Positions 29,612 through 39,676 of a stretch of 64,000 nt of DNA are shown here, in pieces. Position numbers and translations under genes: made by a program. The notes below the pieces were generated by a model that saw only the letters and a program-made list of their open reading frames with translations, had not been told where the DNA came from and did not search any database. This stretch comes from Thermoanaerobaculia bacterium (GTDB lineage: Bacteria; Acidobacteriota; Thermoanaerobaculia; Multivoradales; JAHEKO01). The stretch spans positions 42,571 to 106,570 of the forward strand of contig CAMYNM010000003.1 in the NCBI GenBank assembly GCA_947259725.1, written 5' to 3'. Every line of letters begins with the position of its first letter. The first letter of the stretch is position 1.

Positions 29612-30781
29612 TCACGCAAGGGCCTTCGAAAGCCGGTCGATGCCGTCGCGCAAGCGCTCGCTGGAGCAAGCGAACGAGATCCGGATGTGCTCGTCGGCGC
29701 CGAAGGCCGCCCCGGGCACGACCGCGACCTGCGCCGAGTCCAGCAGAAACTCTGCAAATGCGGCCGAACCTTGCCGGCCGTTCTCGTAGCGCGCGGAGAC
29801 CTTGGGAAAGGCGTAGAACGCTCCACCGGGTGTCGGGCACTCGACGCCTGGGATGCCCGCCAGGCCGGCCAGCAGAAGATCGCGGCGAGCCTGGTACTCA
29901 CGCAGCATCTCCGCGACGCGCGCTTCGGCATCGTCAAAAACCGCGAGCGCGCCCCACATCGCGAACGTTGTGGCGTTCGAGGTGGCGTGGCTCTGGATCT
30001 TCGCGACCGCTTTGACGACCGCCTGCGGCCCCGCCAGATAGCCAAGTCTCCAGCCGGTCATGGCATGGGTCTTCGAGAACGAGCCGACCAGGATCACGGT
30101 CTCGGGAAACTCGGCGGCCAGTGGCGCCGCGCTCGGAAACGGCTCGCCGTCATACACGAATCGCTCGTAGGTCTCGTCGGCGATCAGATAGATCCCGCGA
30201 GAGGCGCACTCCTCGACAATCGCTCTCAGATCTTTCGCCGCGATGACCGCACCGGTCGGGTTCGACGGCGAGTTCAGCAGCACGGCGCGGGTTCGCGGCG
30301 AGATCCGGTCGCAAACCGCCTCCGCGGAAACCCTGAAGCCGTGCTCCGGACGGGCGGCCACTTCGACAACCTCAGCGTCCGCCAACTGGATCTGGGCCGG
30401 GAAGGTGACCCAGTACGGATTCGGCAGCACGACCTCGTCTCCTGCCCCGAACAGGGCCAAGGCCAACTCGAACAACGCGGCTTTGGCCCCCACCGTGACC
30501 ACCACCTGGTCCGCGGTCCACGGACCGCCCAGCCGCTCCCCGAGATCGCTCGAGATCGCCGAGCGAAGCTCCGGAAGACCGGTGTTCTTGGTGTAGCGGG
30601 TGCGACCCTGGCCGAGCGCCTCGATCGCGGCGGCGACGACGCCGGGCGGCGAAGAAAAGTCGGGCTCACCCGCACTCCAATCCACGACGTCGACTCCCTG
30701 CGCGCGTAGCTCCGCGGCGCGGCTGGCGACCGCCAGGGTGGCCGACTCGGCCAGTCGGGAAACGCGTTGAGACACCCGCAT
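29612..30781 (-). CDS. PLP-dependent class I aminotransferase (aspartate aminotransferase-like)
   Basis: GEPDF, NSPSNPTG, DETY, SFSKTHAMTGWRLG, GAFY, RISFA. Confidence 0.93.
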   Translation of the reverse strand: MRVSQRVSRLAESATLAVASRAAELRAQGVDVVDWSAGEPDFSSPPGVVAAAIEALGQGRTRYTKNTGLPELRSAISSDLGERLGGPWTADQVVVTVGAKAALFELALALFGAGDEVVLPNPYWVTFPAQIQLADAEVVEVAARPEHGFRVSAEAVCDRISPRTRAVLLNSPSNPTGAVIAAKDLRAIVEECASRGIYLIADETYERFVYDGEPFPSAAPLAAEFPETVILVGSFSKTHAMTGWRLGYLAGPQAVVKAVAKIQSHATSNATTFAMWGALAVFDDAEARVAEMLREYQARRDLLLAGLAGIPGVECPTPGGAFYAFPKVSARYENGRQGSAAFAEFLLDSAQVAVVPGAAFGADEHIRISFACSSERLRDGIDRLSKALA

Positions 30782-30892
30782 GAAGACGAAGAATAGCAGC
30801 GAACCAGACCGAGGCGAGATCGCGAACGTATAATTCGTTGGCGAGGAGGCTTCGCCAGCCCACTCAGGCCCGACCACCTCCTCGGCCCCAAT

Positions 30893-32728
30893 ATGAAACA
30901 CAGGCTCGCAAACTCGATCGCCGTCATCATCCTGATGACGGTCTCCGCCATACCGACGCCACTCGGCGCGCAGGCTTCGGCCTTGGCCCATCGCGCCTCC
31001 GTCGGAGCCCAGGTCGAGCGCGCGAGTTACGCTCCGGGCGAGGCACTGCGGCTCGACATTCTGCTCGACATCCAGCCCGGCTGGCACGTCAACAGCAACA
31101 CGCCCACCTACGAGTACCTGATTCCGACCGTGGCCGAGGTGGAGCTACCCCCTGGATGGCCCACGGCCCGGATGGTCTACCCCGAAGGCGAGCTCCAGTC
31201 GTTTGCATTCGCCGACGAAGAGCTGTCGGTGTTCGACGGTCAGGTCGTCATCGAGGGGCACTCGCAAGTTCCAGACAACGCGCCTACCGGAGCCGTGAGG
31301 CTCGCGGTGTCGGTGCGCTATCAGGCCTGCGACGACCGCAAGTGCCTGCCACCGGTCACCGGATCCACCGAGCTCGAGCTCATGGTCGGCGAGCCATCGG
31401 CTGCCGATTCGACCGACACGAGCGCCGAGGCGACCGTGAACGTGCCGCCCGATAGACGCGAGCCTGCCTCGCCGGCACCTCGCGGCCTGCTTGGCTTTCT
31501 CGTCCTCGGTGTTCTCGGCGGCCTGCTGCTCAATGCGATGCCTTGCGTCTTGCCGGTGCTGTCTCTCAAGCTCATGGGGCTGGTCAAGAGCGCCGCGCAG
31601 AATCGCAAGGCGGTAGTGGTGGGATCGCTCGCCACGACGGCCGGAATCCTGGCGTCCTTCTGGGCCCTTGGACTGGCCGCGATCGGGGCGAAGGCGGCGG
31701 GTGCGACGGTGGGTTGGGGCGTCCAGTTTCAGCAGCCAGTGTTCGTGACCTCCCTGATGCTGATCGTGACGCTTTTTTGCCTCAATCTCTGGGGCCTGTT
31801 CGAGGTGCCGCTACCGCGGCGGCTAGCCGGTTGGGCCGAGGCGGCCGGAGGCGAGGGCATCCCCGCGCACTTCACCGCCGGGCTGTTCGCCACGCTCATG
31901 GCGACGCCCTGCTCCGCACCGTTTCTCGGCACGGCGGTGGGCTTTGCCCTGGCTCAAACAAGCGGCGTCATCCTGAGCATTTTCACGGCGGTGGGAATCG
32001 GCATGGCGCTTCCGTACCTGCTTCTGGCGATCGCTCCAGGTGCGGTCAAGCTGCTTCCCAAGCCCGGTGCATGGATGGACCACTTCCGTGTTTTCATGGG
32101 GTTTCTCCTGGCGGCGGCGGCGGTCTGGCTGCTCTACGTGCTTTCCTCCCAGGTTTCGCGAGAACGGCTCGCCTTCATCGAGATCGCGATGCTCGTCCTG
32201 GCGCTCTCGGTGTGGATTCGCCACCGCTCGAACGCCCGGGGAGCGTGGCGCTGGATCGGCGTTGCCGGCGCTCTGGGAGCCGGTATCGCCGGACTCTGGT
32301 TGGCGACCGGCGGGCTCGAGGGCGGCGGCGGAGCGCGCACCACGGCCGAGATCCAAAAGCTCATCGCCTGGGTCCGCTTCGATCGCATCGAGGCCGAACG
32401 GCTCGCCGGTGCCGGCGAACTGGTATTCGTGGACGTCACGGCCGACTGGTGCTTCACCTGCAAGGTCAACGAAAGGCTGGTCCTCGAAACGCCCGAGATC
32501 GCAAGCGCTTTCGCGCGGCTCGGCGTCATCCCGATGAAGGCCGACTGGACCAACCGGGACGATTCGATCGCCGCTTTCCTGGCCGAGCACGGAAAGTACG
32601 GAATCCCATTCTATCTTCTCTATCGGCCGGACAGAACGCCCTTCCTGTTCAGCGAGCTGCTGACCAAGAACGCGGTCCTCGAAGCGCTATCCGAAGCGGC
32701 TGAATCCGTCGAGCGGGCCGGCGTCTAG
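30893..32728 (+). CDS. DsbD/ScsB-like thiol:disulfide interchange protein
   Basis: N-domain YQACDDRKC, TM domain MPCVLP and ATPCSAP, thioredoxin domain WCFTCK. Confidence 0.92.
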   Translation: MKHRLANSIAVIILMTVSAIPTPLGAQASALAHRASVGAQVERASYAPGEALRLDILLDIQPGWHVNSNTPTYEYLIPTVAEVELPPGWPTARMVYPEGELQSFAFADEELSVFDGQVVIEGHSQVPDNAPTGAVRLAVSVRYQACDDRKCLPPVTGSTELELMVGEPSAADSTDTSAEATVNVPPDRREPASPAPRGLLGFLVLGVLGGLLLNAMPCVLPVLSLKLMGLVKSAAQNRKAVVVGSLATTAGILASFWALGLAAIGAKAAGATVGWGVQFQQPVFVTSLMLIVTLFCLNLWGLFEVPLPRRLAGWAEAAGGEGIPAHFTAGLFATLMATPCSAPFLGTAVGFALAQTSGVILSIFTAVGIGMALPYLLLAIAPGAVKLLPKPGAWMDHFRVFMGFLLAAAAVWLLYVLSSQVSRERLAFIEIAMLVLALSVWIRHRSNARGAWRWIGVAGALGAGIAGLWLATGGLEGGGGARTTAEIQKLIAWVRFDRIEAERLAGAGELVFVDVTADWCFTCKVNERLVLETPEIASAFARLGVIPMKADWTNRDDSIAAFLAEHGKYGIPFYLLYRPDRTPFLFSELLTKNAVLEALSEAAESVERAGV

Positions 32729-33732
32729 CCGCTTTCGATCTCGGCTACCAGGGCGTCGGCGAACTCGCTCGTCGAAGCGGTGCCGCCGAGATCCGCGGTC
32801 CTGATCCCGCGCTCCGCCATGACCCGGTCGAGCGCCGCGCGTACGCGCCTCGCCTCCTCGCTCAGGCCAAGGTATTCGAGCAACATGCCCCCCGAGCGAA
32901 TCAACGCCGTCGGGTTGGCAATGTTTTGGCCGGCGATGTCTGGGGCGCTGCCGTGAACCGCTTCGAAGACCGCGATGCCTTCGCCGAAGTTCGCACCCGG
33001 CACGACACCGAGGCCGCCCACCAGGCCCGCGCACAGGTCGGACAGGATGTCGCCGTAGAGATTGGGCAGCACCAGAACGTCGTACTTCAGGGGCCTGACC
33101 ACGACCTGCATGGCCATGTTGTCGACGATCCGATCATCGGCTCGAATGTCGGGGTATTCCTCGGCGACCTCGCGGAAGCACTGCAGGAACAGGCCGTCCG
33201 AGAGCTTCATGATGTTCGCCTTGTGAACGGCGGTAATCCGTTTGCGACCCTGGGCGCGGGCATGCTCGAAGGCGAAGCGCGCGATTCGCGTCGAGGCGGC
33301 GCGGGTGATGATCTTGAGGCTTTCGACGACTCCCGGCACCACTTCGTGCTCTAGGCCGCTGTAAAGGCCTTCCGTGTTCTCGCGCACGACCACCAAGTCC
33401 ACGTTGCCGAAGTGTCCGGGAATCGCCGGCAGCGTCTGGATCGGCCGAAGGGCGGCGAACAGATCCAGGCGCTTGCGGAGTTGAACGTTGACCGAGCGAA
33501 ATCCACGACCGACAGGAGTCGTCACCGGCCCCTTGAGAGCCACCTTGTTACGCCGAACCGACTCGACCAACGCTTCCGGCAGCGGCTCGCCATGCTCGTC
33601 CATGGCGGCTACTCCGGCCGGATGAGGCTCCCACTCGAAATCGACTCCAGTGGCCTCGAGCACGCGAACCGTGGCTGCGGTGACCTCCGGCCCGATGCCG
33701 TCTCCTTCGATCAATGTGATGGCTATCGTCAT
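32725..33732 (-). CDS. NAD-dependent isocitrate/isopropylmalate dehydrogenase family protein
   Basis: GDGIGPE, KGPVTTP..GFRSVNV, RENTEGLY, HKANIMK, NLYGDILSD, EAVHGSAPDIAG. ATG 33732. Confidence 0.92.
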   Translation of the reverse strand: MTIAITLIEGDGIGPEVTAATVRVLEATGVDFEWEPHPAGVAAMDEHGEPLPEALVESVRRNKVALKGPVTTPVGRGFRSVNVQLRKRLDLFAALRPIQTLPAIPGHFGNVDLVVVRENTEGLYSGLEHEVVPGVVESLKIITRAASTRIARFAFEHARAQGRKRITAVHKANIMKLSDGLFLQCFREVAEEYPDIRADDRIVDNMAMQVVVRPLKYDVLVLPNLYGDILSDLCAGLVGGLGVVPGANFGEGIAVFEAVHGSAPDIAGQNIANPTALIRSGGMLLEYLGLSEEARRVRAALDRVMAERGIRTADLGGTASTSEFADALVAEIESG

Positions 33733-33781
33733 TCCGTTTTCTCCCTGGTTCGACGTTCTATCAGGCCCCGTCAACAAACGG

Positions 33782-34849
33782 CTAGCGGTGCGCCGGGGCG
33801 GCTGCCCAGTCGACCAGTCCCTCGCCCGTGAACACGCTGCCCAGCGGCAGCACTCGGGCACCACGGTCAAAGTCGAGGCATAGGTCTTCGTAGTCGAGCC
33901 GGCCCTCGTCTCCTCTGTCTTCGAGAATAAAAACGATGCGATTCCCGACCCGCAAGAGGTCACCGGGCCCAACCGCGGCCTCGGAAGCGCCGATCTCGAT
34001 CGCGCTCCATTCGAGCGCCTCCCAGCTTGTGCCGCGCTCCCGCAGCCACTCGGCGAGCACCGAGATTCGGGAAAAGGCCAAGAGCCTTCGCGTCCAGTCC
34101 GCCAAGAGCGTCTCGAGCCCCGCCGCCGGGGGATCGCCTGATACCTCGAGCTGAGGCAGCCCGAAGACGCGCGAAGGAACCGCGAGGGAGCCGTCGAGGC
34201 TCGCCACCACCGTCGGGAACTCGGAGCTGTGCTCGAGCAGCGCTTCCGCGCCCCAGGACTTGAGGCGGTACTCGGGCACCAGGGCGCCCTTCTCAGCAAA
34301 GAACTCCATCCGGACATGAAAGCGCTGGGTGCCGAAACGCGGCGCCCGATCCACCCGGTCTGCACCCGGAAGGTAGTTCTCGACCGCGGGACGCAGGTCT
34401 CCGGGTACCGCCCAGGCTTGTGCCCAGTCCGAGCGAAACGTCTCCTTGAAGTTGGGTTCGCGCAGCTTCTCGTCACCGGTCAGCTCCCGAAACGGAGGCG
34501 AGCCGTCCACCGTAAACCATAGAATCCGAGGCTCGAGCGACCGATTCCATCGCCGCAGCACCGCCGCCGGCACCCGGTCGCCGCCCAACTCGAGTTCCTC
34601 CGCCTCGGTGTAGTAGACGCGCTCGCCCGAGATCGTCTCGGCCTCGACCACGGCGTGGAGCCTGAAGGCCTCTCCGGGCGGCAGATGTACCGGTCCCGCC
34701 ACCGCAACGGCCGAGTCCGAGGCCTGGACGGCGACCCACAACGCCACCGGTTTCGGCGCGATGGTCTCGCTCGCCCGCACCAGCAGGAACACGACGGCAA
34801 TCACGCCGACAACAGCCGCGGCTATCCAGCCGGGTTTGATCTCCTTCAC
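33782..34849 (-). CDS. Hypothetical membrane-anchored protein
   Basis: 355-aa ORF with an N-terminal hydrophobic helix, filling the gap in a co-oriented run. Confidence 0.7.
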   Translation of the reverse strand: MKEIKPGWIAAAVVGVIAVVFLLVRASETIAPKPVALWVAVQASDSAVAVAGPVHLPPGEAFRLHAVVEAETISGERVYYTEAEELELGGDRVPAAVLRRWNRSLEPRILWFTVDGSPPFRELTGDEKLREPNFKETFRSDWAQAWAVPGDLRPAVENYLPGADRVDRAPRFGTQRFHVRMEFFAEKGALVPEYRLKSWGAEALLEHSSEFPTVVASLDGSLAVPSRVFGLPQLEVSGDPPAAGLETLLADWTRRLLAFSRISVLAEWLRERGTSWEALEWSAIEIGASEAAVGPGDLLRVGNRIVFILEDRGDEGRLDYEDLCLDFDRGARVLPLGSVFTGEGLVDWAAAPAHR

Positions 34850-34869
34850 GGTGGGACCTGCCGAGGTAC

Positions 34870-36963
34870 CTAGCGCAGCTCTTCGAGCTTGGCGACGACG
34901 TCGCGATAGTTCGAATTGGCCCCGTAGATCTCGGCGAAGGTTTCCTTGGCGGTCTCGCGATTTCCGGTGGTCAGATTGAGATTGCCGAGCTCATAGAGCA
35001 GGCCGAGCTTCTCTTCGTCGGAGGCGCCGGGGGCCTTGAGACCCCGCTCGTACCACTTGACCGCGAGATCAGGGAAACCTTTCTCCAGGAAGGACGCTCC
35101 CAGCAGTGAACAGCAATCGACGAGGTACTGGTTGGATTTGGCGGCGAGCTGAAACTCGCCGATCGCCTCGTCGACGAGGCCCATCTCTCGATACGCGATG
35201 CCCAGGTTGAAGTGGGTGTCGTAGTCCTCGCTCGAGAGCGTTTCGGCCACGCCTTGCTTAAAGCCCTCCACAATCTCCTCAATCGACTGCTCTTCCAGTT
35301 GTGGCAAGGCTTCGCCGCCGGATCTGGACTCTTCGGCCAGGAGCTCTTCTTCGAGCTCAGCCGCGAGATCGAAGAACTCGTCCTCTTCACCGAAAACATC
35401 CGCGTCGTCCTTCGGCGAGGCTTCCCCACCCTCATCTAACCAATCGAGACGGATATCGGCCGCCGGAGCCTGCGCGACTTCGACCGGAAGACGCTCGGGC
35501 TCCTGCGCTTCGACGGCGGGAGCGCGCAGCTCTCCGTCCTGCAGGCGGTACCCCCAGTCCCCGAGCAGTTCTGTCAGAGGTTCGGAGAGAGAGCCAGCGG
35601 TGATGAAGAGCTGCGCGACTTCGACGACGGCTTCGGAGCGGCCGGCCTCGTGGTGAAGATGCAGCAGAAGCTCTCCGGCGTCCAAATGCCCGGGAACCAG
35701 CTCGAGGGCGGTCTCGAGCAACTCGACGGCTTTCTTTTCGAGACCGTAGTTCGAAAGCACATTCGCCTCGGTGAGCAGTTCTTCGGCGCGAGCCACGGAC
35801 TCCGGGTCGGTCACCTCGGCCAGCTCGGCTGAATCCTCTGTCTCCGGTGCCAGCATCGCTTCGGTGGAATCGCCGGGCGACTCCGCTTCGACGACGGCGG
35901 CGACAACCTCCTCCAAATCCTCGATCTCGTCCAGGTCGATCTCGAACTCGCCGGTTTCATCGCGATCGGTCGCTACGTAGGGAGCGTCCGTCGGGGAAGG
36001 CGCGTCGACACCGGTAGGCGCCGGCTCGAGCAAATCAAGATCGGCGAGTTCGACGACCTCGAGCTCCCGAGAACCCGCGTCGGCTCCGGCCTCTTCCAGA
36101 CCGGCCAGGTCCGCACCGGAGTCCGGATCCGCGATCGCAAGGCGGTCCTCCTCGGCAGCAGCGCTCACCTCGACCGGAGACTCGTCTTCGGCCGAATCCT
36201 CGGTTCCCCGCCGTTCCACCGTGTCCACGAGCGGAAGGTCGACCAGCTCTGCCACCCGTGTCGCGTCGGGATTTCGCTGGATCGCGTGATCCAGCAGTCG
36301 GCGCGCAACGTCTTGGTGTCCGAAATCGGTCAGTTGAACGATCACGTCGGTCACGAAGCCGAGGTCGTCCACCTTGAGCTCAAAGGCCCCCAGATAGACC
36401 TTGAAAGCCTCCTCGACCTTGCCGTGCTGGAGCATGAAGGTGGCGATACTCTGGTACTGCTCCATCGCATCCTGAGTCCGATTCGCCGTGCAGTAGAACT
36501 CGGCGAGCTTCAGCCGATGGGTAGGGTTGCTGGGCTCGAGATCCACCAGCTTCTCGTAGACCGCTACCAGCGCCCGCTCATCGGCTGACTGCCGGTAGTA
36601 GTCGGCAACCACCTGGTACTGGGCGCGGGCCTCGTTCACCAACCCCTGTCGGTGATAGAGGTCGGCGAGGGTCTCATACACGCGGATAAGGGTTGGATCG
36701 AGGCGAATGATCTTTTTGTAGATCGCGATCGCCTTGACGAAGAAGCCCTCCCTGGTGAAGTGCCTGGCCGCGGTCGAGAACATCTCGACGGCCTCGTTGA
36801 CACGGTTGAGACGAGCGTAGAGGTCCCCGAGCCGATTGAGCGTGCCGGTATCGTCGGGGCTGTCTTCGAGCGCCTTCTTGTACTGCTTCACCGCGGCATC
36901 CAAACGACCGCGGGCGACCAATTTTTCGGCGGCCTGGAGGGCCGACCTTCGCCTAAGCGCCAC
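34870..36963 (-). CDS. Large TPR protein (N-terminal TPRs, acidic linker, C-terminal TPRs), SgmX-like architecture
   Basis: LNRLGDLY, KAIAIYKK; C-terminal EDYDTHFNLGIAYREMGLVDEAI…NYRDV. GTG 36963 follows AGGAG. Confidence 0.8.
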   Translation of the reverse strand: MALRRRSALQAAEKLVARGRLDAAVKQYKKALEDSPDDTGTLNRLGDLYARLNRVNEAVEMFSTAARHFTREGFFVKAIAIYKKIIRLDPTLIRVYETLADLYHRQGLVNEARAQYQVVADYYRQSADERALVAVYEKLVDLEPSNPTHRLKLAEFYCTANRTQDAMEQYQSIATFMLQHGKVEEAFKVYLGAFELKVDDLGFVTDVIVQLTDFGHQDVARRLLDHAIQRNPDATRVAELVDLPLVDTVERRGTEDSAEDESPVEVSAAAEEDRLAIADPDSGADLAGLEEAGADAGSRELEVVELADLDLLEPAPTGVDAPSPTDAPYVATDRDETGEFEIDLDEIEDLEEVVAAVVEAESPGDSTEAMLAPETEDSAELAEVTDPESVARAEELLTEANVLSNYGLEKKAVELLETALELVPGHLDAGELLLHLHHEAGRSEAVVEVAQLFITAGSLSEPLTELLGDWGYRLQDGELRAPAVEAQEPERLPVEVAQAPAADIRLDWLDEGGEASPKDDADVFGEEDEFFDLAAELEEELLAEESRSGGEALPQLEEQSIEEIVEGFKQGVAETLSSEDYDTHFNLGIAYREMGLVDEAIGEFQLAAKSNQYLVDCCSLLGASFLEKGFPDLAVKWYERGLKAPGASDEEKLGLLYELGNLNLTTGNRETAKETFAEIYGANSNYRDVVAKLEELR

Positions 36964-37642
36964 GAGCGTCGCTCCTTCGGGCTCGATCTCTACCTTGCCC
37001 ACGCCTCGACGGCAGGACCGAGTGGAAAGTCAGCCGGTGCTGCACACTCGGTCCGAATTCCCGCAGCGCGCTCAGATGAGTCGCCGCCGCATAGCCCTTG
37101 TGGGCGGCAAAACCGTATTGCGGGTAGTCTCGGTCCAGTTGAGTCATCATCTCGTCGCGGCGAACCTTGGCCAGAATCGAGGCCGATGCGATTGCATAGC
37201 TGATGTAATCACCTCGAACCAGGGGCAGGCAAGGAACTCCGGGAACTTTGAGAGGCACCGCGTCGATGAGGGCGATCTCCGGCCTGGGCACCAACCCCGC
37301 CAGGGCTCGACTCATCGCGTTCTTGGTCGCCTCCAGAATGTTGACCCGATCGATGACCTCCGCGCTCACCGCCACGACCTTCCAGCTCAATGAGGTCTCC
37401 CGAATCCGGTCGGCAAGCCACTCGCGCCTGGACGCGCTGAGCTTCTTGCTGTCGGTGACGCCGGGGATCAGCCGATCGGGGTGCGGGACGACCGCAGCCG
37501 CGACCACTGGTCCGGCCAGGCATCCGCGTCCGGCTTCGTCAACGCCGGCGATCCGGTCGTAGCCAGCGTGGCTCAACTCCGACTCCAGGGCCGCAACCAA
37601 GCGAAGCCGAAACGACTCCACGCCCAAATGAACCAGGCTCAC
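36953..37642 (-). CDS. rnhB: Ribonuclease HII
   Basis: GVDEAGRG, DSKKL, IDA, ASILAKVRRD, HKGY, HRLTF. Start approximate. Confidence 0.94.
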   Translation of the reverse strand: MSLVHLGVESFRLRLVAALESELSHAGYDRIAGVDEAGRGCLAGPVVAAAVVPHPDRLIPGVTDSKKLSASRREWLADRIRETSLSWKVVAVSAEVIDRVNILEATKNAMSRALAGLVPRPEIALIDAVPLKVPGVPCLPLVRGDYISYAIASASILAKVRRDEMMTQLDRDYPQYGFAAHKGYAAATHLSALREFGPSVQHRLTFHSVLPSRRGQGRDRARRSDARGA

Positions 37643-37675
37643 CGCACTAAATCCTCCGCGGCGAGGCGGCGAACG

Positions 37676-38047
37676 TCAGCTTCCGGATGTATTGCGTTCC
37701 CGATCGTCGCGCCGTTCGTCGATTCGCGCCGCCTTACCCCGCAGGTCGCGCAGGTAATAGAGCTTTGCTCGTCGAACCTTGCCTCGCCGAATGACCTCGA
37801 TCTTCTCGATCGTGGGAGTGTGCAAGGGGAATACTCTTTCCACGCCCATTCCGCCGGACATTTTGCGGACCGTGAACGTCTCTCGGGTTCCACTGCCTCG
37901 GCGGGCAATCACGACGCCTTGGAAGATCTGAATTCGCTCTTTGTCGCCTTCGGCGACCTTGACGTGGACCTTGACTGTGTCACCGGCTCGAAAATCGGGA
38001 ATGTCGGAGCGCAGAAACGGGCTCTCGACTTCGATTAGGGTATGCAT
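37676..38047 (-). CDS. rplS: 50S ribosomal protein L19
   Basis: [39 protein letters not shown]. Confidence 0.97.
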   Translation of the reverse strand: MHTLIEVESPFLRSDIPDFRAGDTVKVHVKVAEGDKERIQIFQGVVIARRGSGTRETFTVRKMSGGMGVERVFPLHTPTIEKIEVIRRGKVRRAKLYYLRDLRGKAARIDERRDDRERNTSGS

Positions 38048-38131
38048 TCCTTGTCTCCACTACTATGGATGCGCTCTGTACGAGCGGCGATGAACTCTAT
38101 CATGTCTCGCCGCCGGTACGGCCCGGTCAGC

Positions 38132-38863
38132 TCATTCCACTTCCCGGCGGACTTCCTCGAGCAAGGAGCGGTCCTCGGCCGACAATCGCGAAGGTTCGAG
38201 CAGCTCCGGCCGGCGTCGTAAGGTGTTCCGCAAGGCCTCCTTGCGGCGCCACCGCGCGATGGCGGCGTGGTCGCCTGAGACCAACACCTCGGGGACCGCC
38301 AGTCCGGCGACCTCTCGGGGCCGGGTGTAGTGCGGATGGTCCAGCAGACCGTCCCGGAAGCTGTCTTGCTCGACCGACGCCGGGTCACCGACGACCCCCG
38401 GAATCTGTCTCGACACCGCCTCGATGACCGCCATGGCCGCTACCTCGCCGCCGGAGAGCACGAAGTCTCCCAACGAAATCTCCTGGTCCACGACCGTGGC
38501 TCGCACGCGGTCGTCGAGGCCCTCGTAACGGCCGCACAGAAGGACCAGATCCGGTTGCTCGGCGAGGGATCGAACGCTGGCGTCGTTCAAAGGACATCCG
38601 ATGGGAGAAAGCAACACGCGGTGAGCGTCTCGACCGGCGGTCACGGCGCGCACGGCGCGAATCCAGGGCTCGGCCAACATCACCATGCCCGCCCCGCCGC
38701 CATAGGGCGCGTCATCGACGACTCGATGGGGATCCTCGGTGAAGTCACGCAGATCGACGATATCGATCCTCAGATCGCCCGCGACCACCGCGCGCCCCAC
38801 CAGGCTCGTCCGCACAAAATCGGAGAACAGCTCGGGGAAGATAGTCAGGACGGTGACGCGCAT
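38132..38863 (-). CDS. trmD: tRNA (guanine37-N1)-methyltransferase
   Basis: LTIFP, DDAPYGGGAGM, CGRYEG, SLGDFVLSGGE, YTRP, SGDH. Confidence 0.96.
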   Translation of the reverse strand: MRVTVLTIFPELFSDFVRTSLVGRAVVAGDLRIDIVDLRDFTEDPHRVVDDAPYGGGAGMVMLAEPWIRAVRAVTAGRDAHRVLLSPIGCPLNDASVRSLAEQPDLVLLCGRYEGLDDRVRATVVDQEISLGDFVLSGGEVAAMAVIEAVSRQIPGVVGDPASVEQDSFRDGLLDHPHYTRPREVAGLAVPEVLVSGDHAAIARWRRKEALRNTLRRRPELLEPSRLSAEDRSLLEEVRREVE

Positions 38864-39390
38864 ATCTCCAGCAATCCATCGGGCAAGTCGAGCTCGATCA
38901 CTTTTCGTTCGATCGCGACCGAGCGAATGTAGTCGCGCACGAACGGCACCAGAACGGTGCGACGCCGGTCTCTGACTTCGAGCAGCAGTCCGCCGCCGTC
39001 CTCGCGAATCGAAATCACTTCCCCCAATTCCCCTGCCACGCGATCGATGCAGACGCAACCGACAAGGTCGAAAAAGTAGTACTCGCCGTCGGGCGCCTCA
39101 GCCACATCCGAGGAGGCGATCAGAAGCTCCACGCCCCTCAACCCGGCGGCCTCGTCCCGCTCTTCGAACCCCTCGAAGAGAACCAGCAATACGCCGCGAT
39201 GAGGACGAGACGACAGAATCTCGAGAGGCTTCGTGGAGCGATCGCCCTCCCGGCGCGCCAGTAGCTTCGACCCGGGCTCGAATCGGCTCGGGTTGTCGCT
39301 CAGCACCTCGACCACCACCTCGCCCTTGACCCCGTGCGGCCGGTGGATCCTGCCGACTGCCACGAATGCCGGCTTCTCGCCGCTAGCCAT
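38845..39390 (-). CDS. rimM: Ribosome maturation factor RimM
   Basis: VGRIHRPHGVKGE, EYYFFDLVG, LVPFV; position in operon. Confidence 0.93.
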   Translation of the reverse strand: MASGEKPAFVAVGRIHRPHGVKGEVVVEVLSDNPSRFEPGSKLLARREGDRSTKPLEILSSRPHRGVLLVLFEGFEERDEAAGLRGVELLIASSDVAEAPDGEYYFFDLVGCVCIDRVAGELGEVISIREDGGGLLLEVRDRRRTVLVPFVRDYIRSVAIERKVIELDLPDGLLEICASPS

Positions 39391-39427
39391 CGAACTCTCG
39401 CCTACGCGCTCGGCGCGCGGAACTCGA

Positions 39428-39676
39428 CTAGTCGTCCAGGATCTTCAGCTCCCACGGCGTTTCGCCGCGGGAGGCTCGCGCGGCCAGCACCCTGCGCAGT
39501 GCGCGCGCGGTACGACCCTGGCGGCCGATGACCTTGCCAAGATCACCTTCCGCGACGCTCAGGTCGAGCCGCGGGCCCTGGTCGCCGGAGCCCTCGGTGA
39601 TGACCACTTCGCGTGGTTCGTCTACCAGAAGCGTCACAACCTCGGACAGATCGTCTCTGATTCCAGCCATGGTCAT
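39428..39676 (-). CDS. khpA: KH-domain RNA-binding protein
   Basis: DLGKVIGRQGRTARALR, between rpsP and rimM. Confidence 0.88.
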   Translation of the reverse strand: MTMAGIRDDLSEVVTLLVDEPREVVITEGSGDQGPRLDLSVAEGDLGKVIGRQGRTARALRRVLAARASRGETPWELKILDD

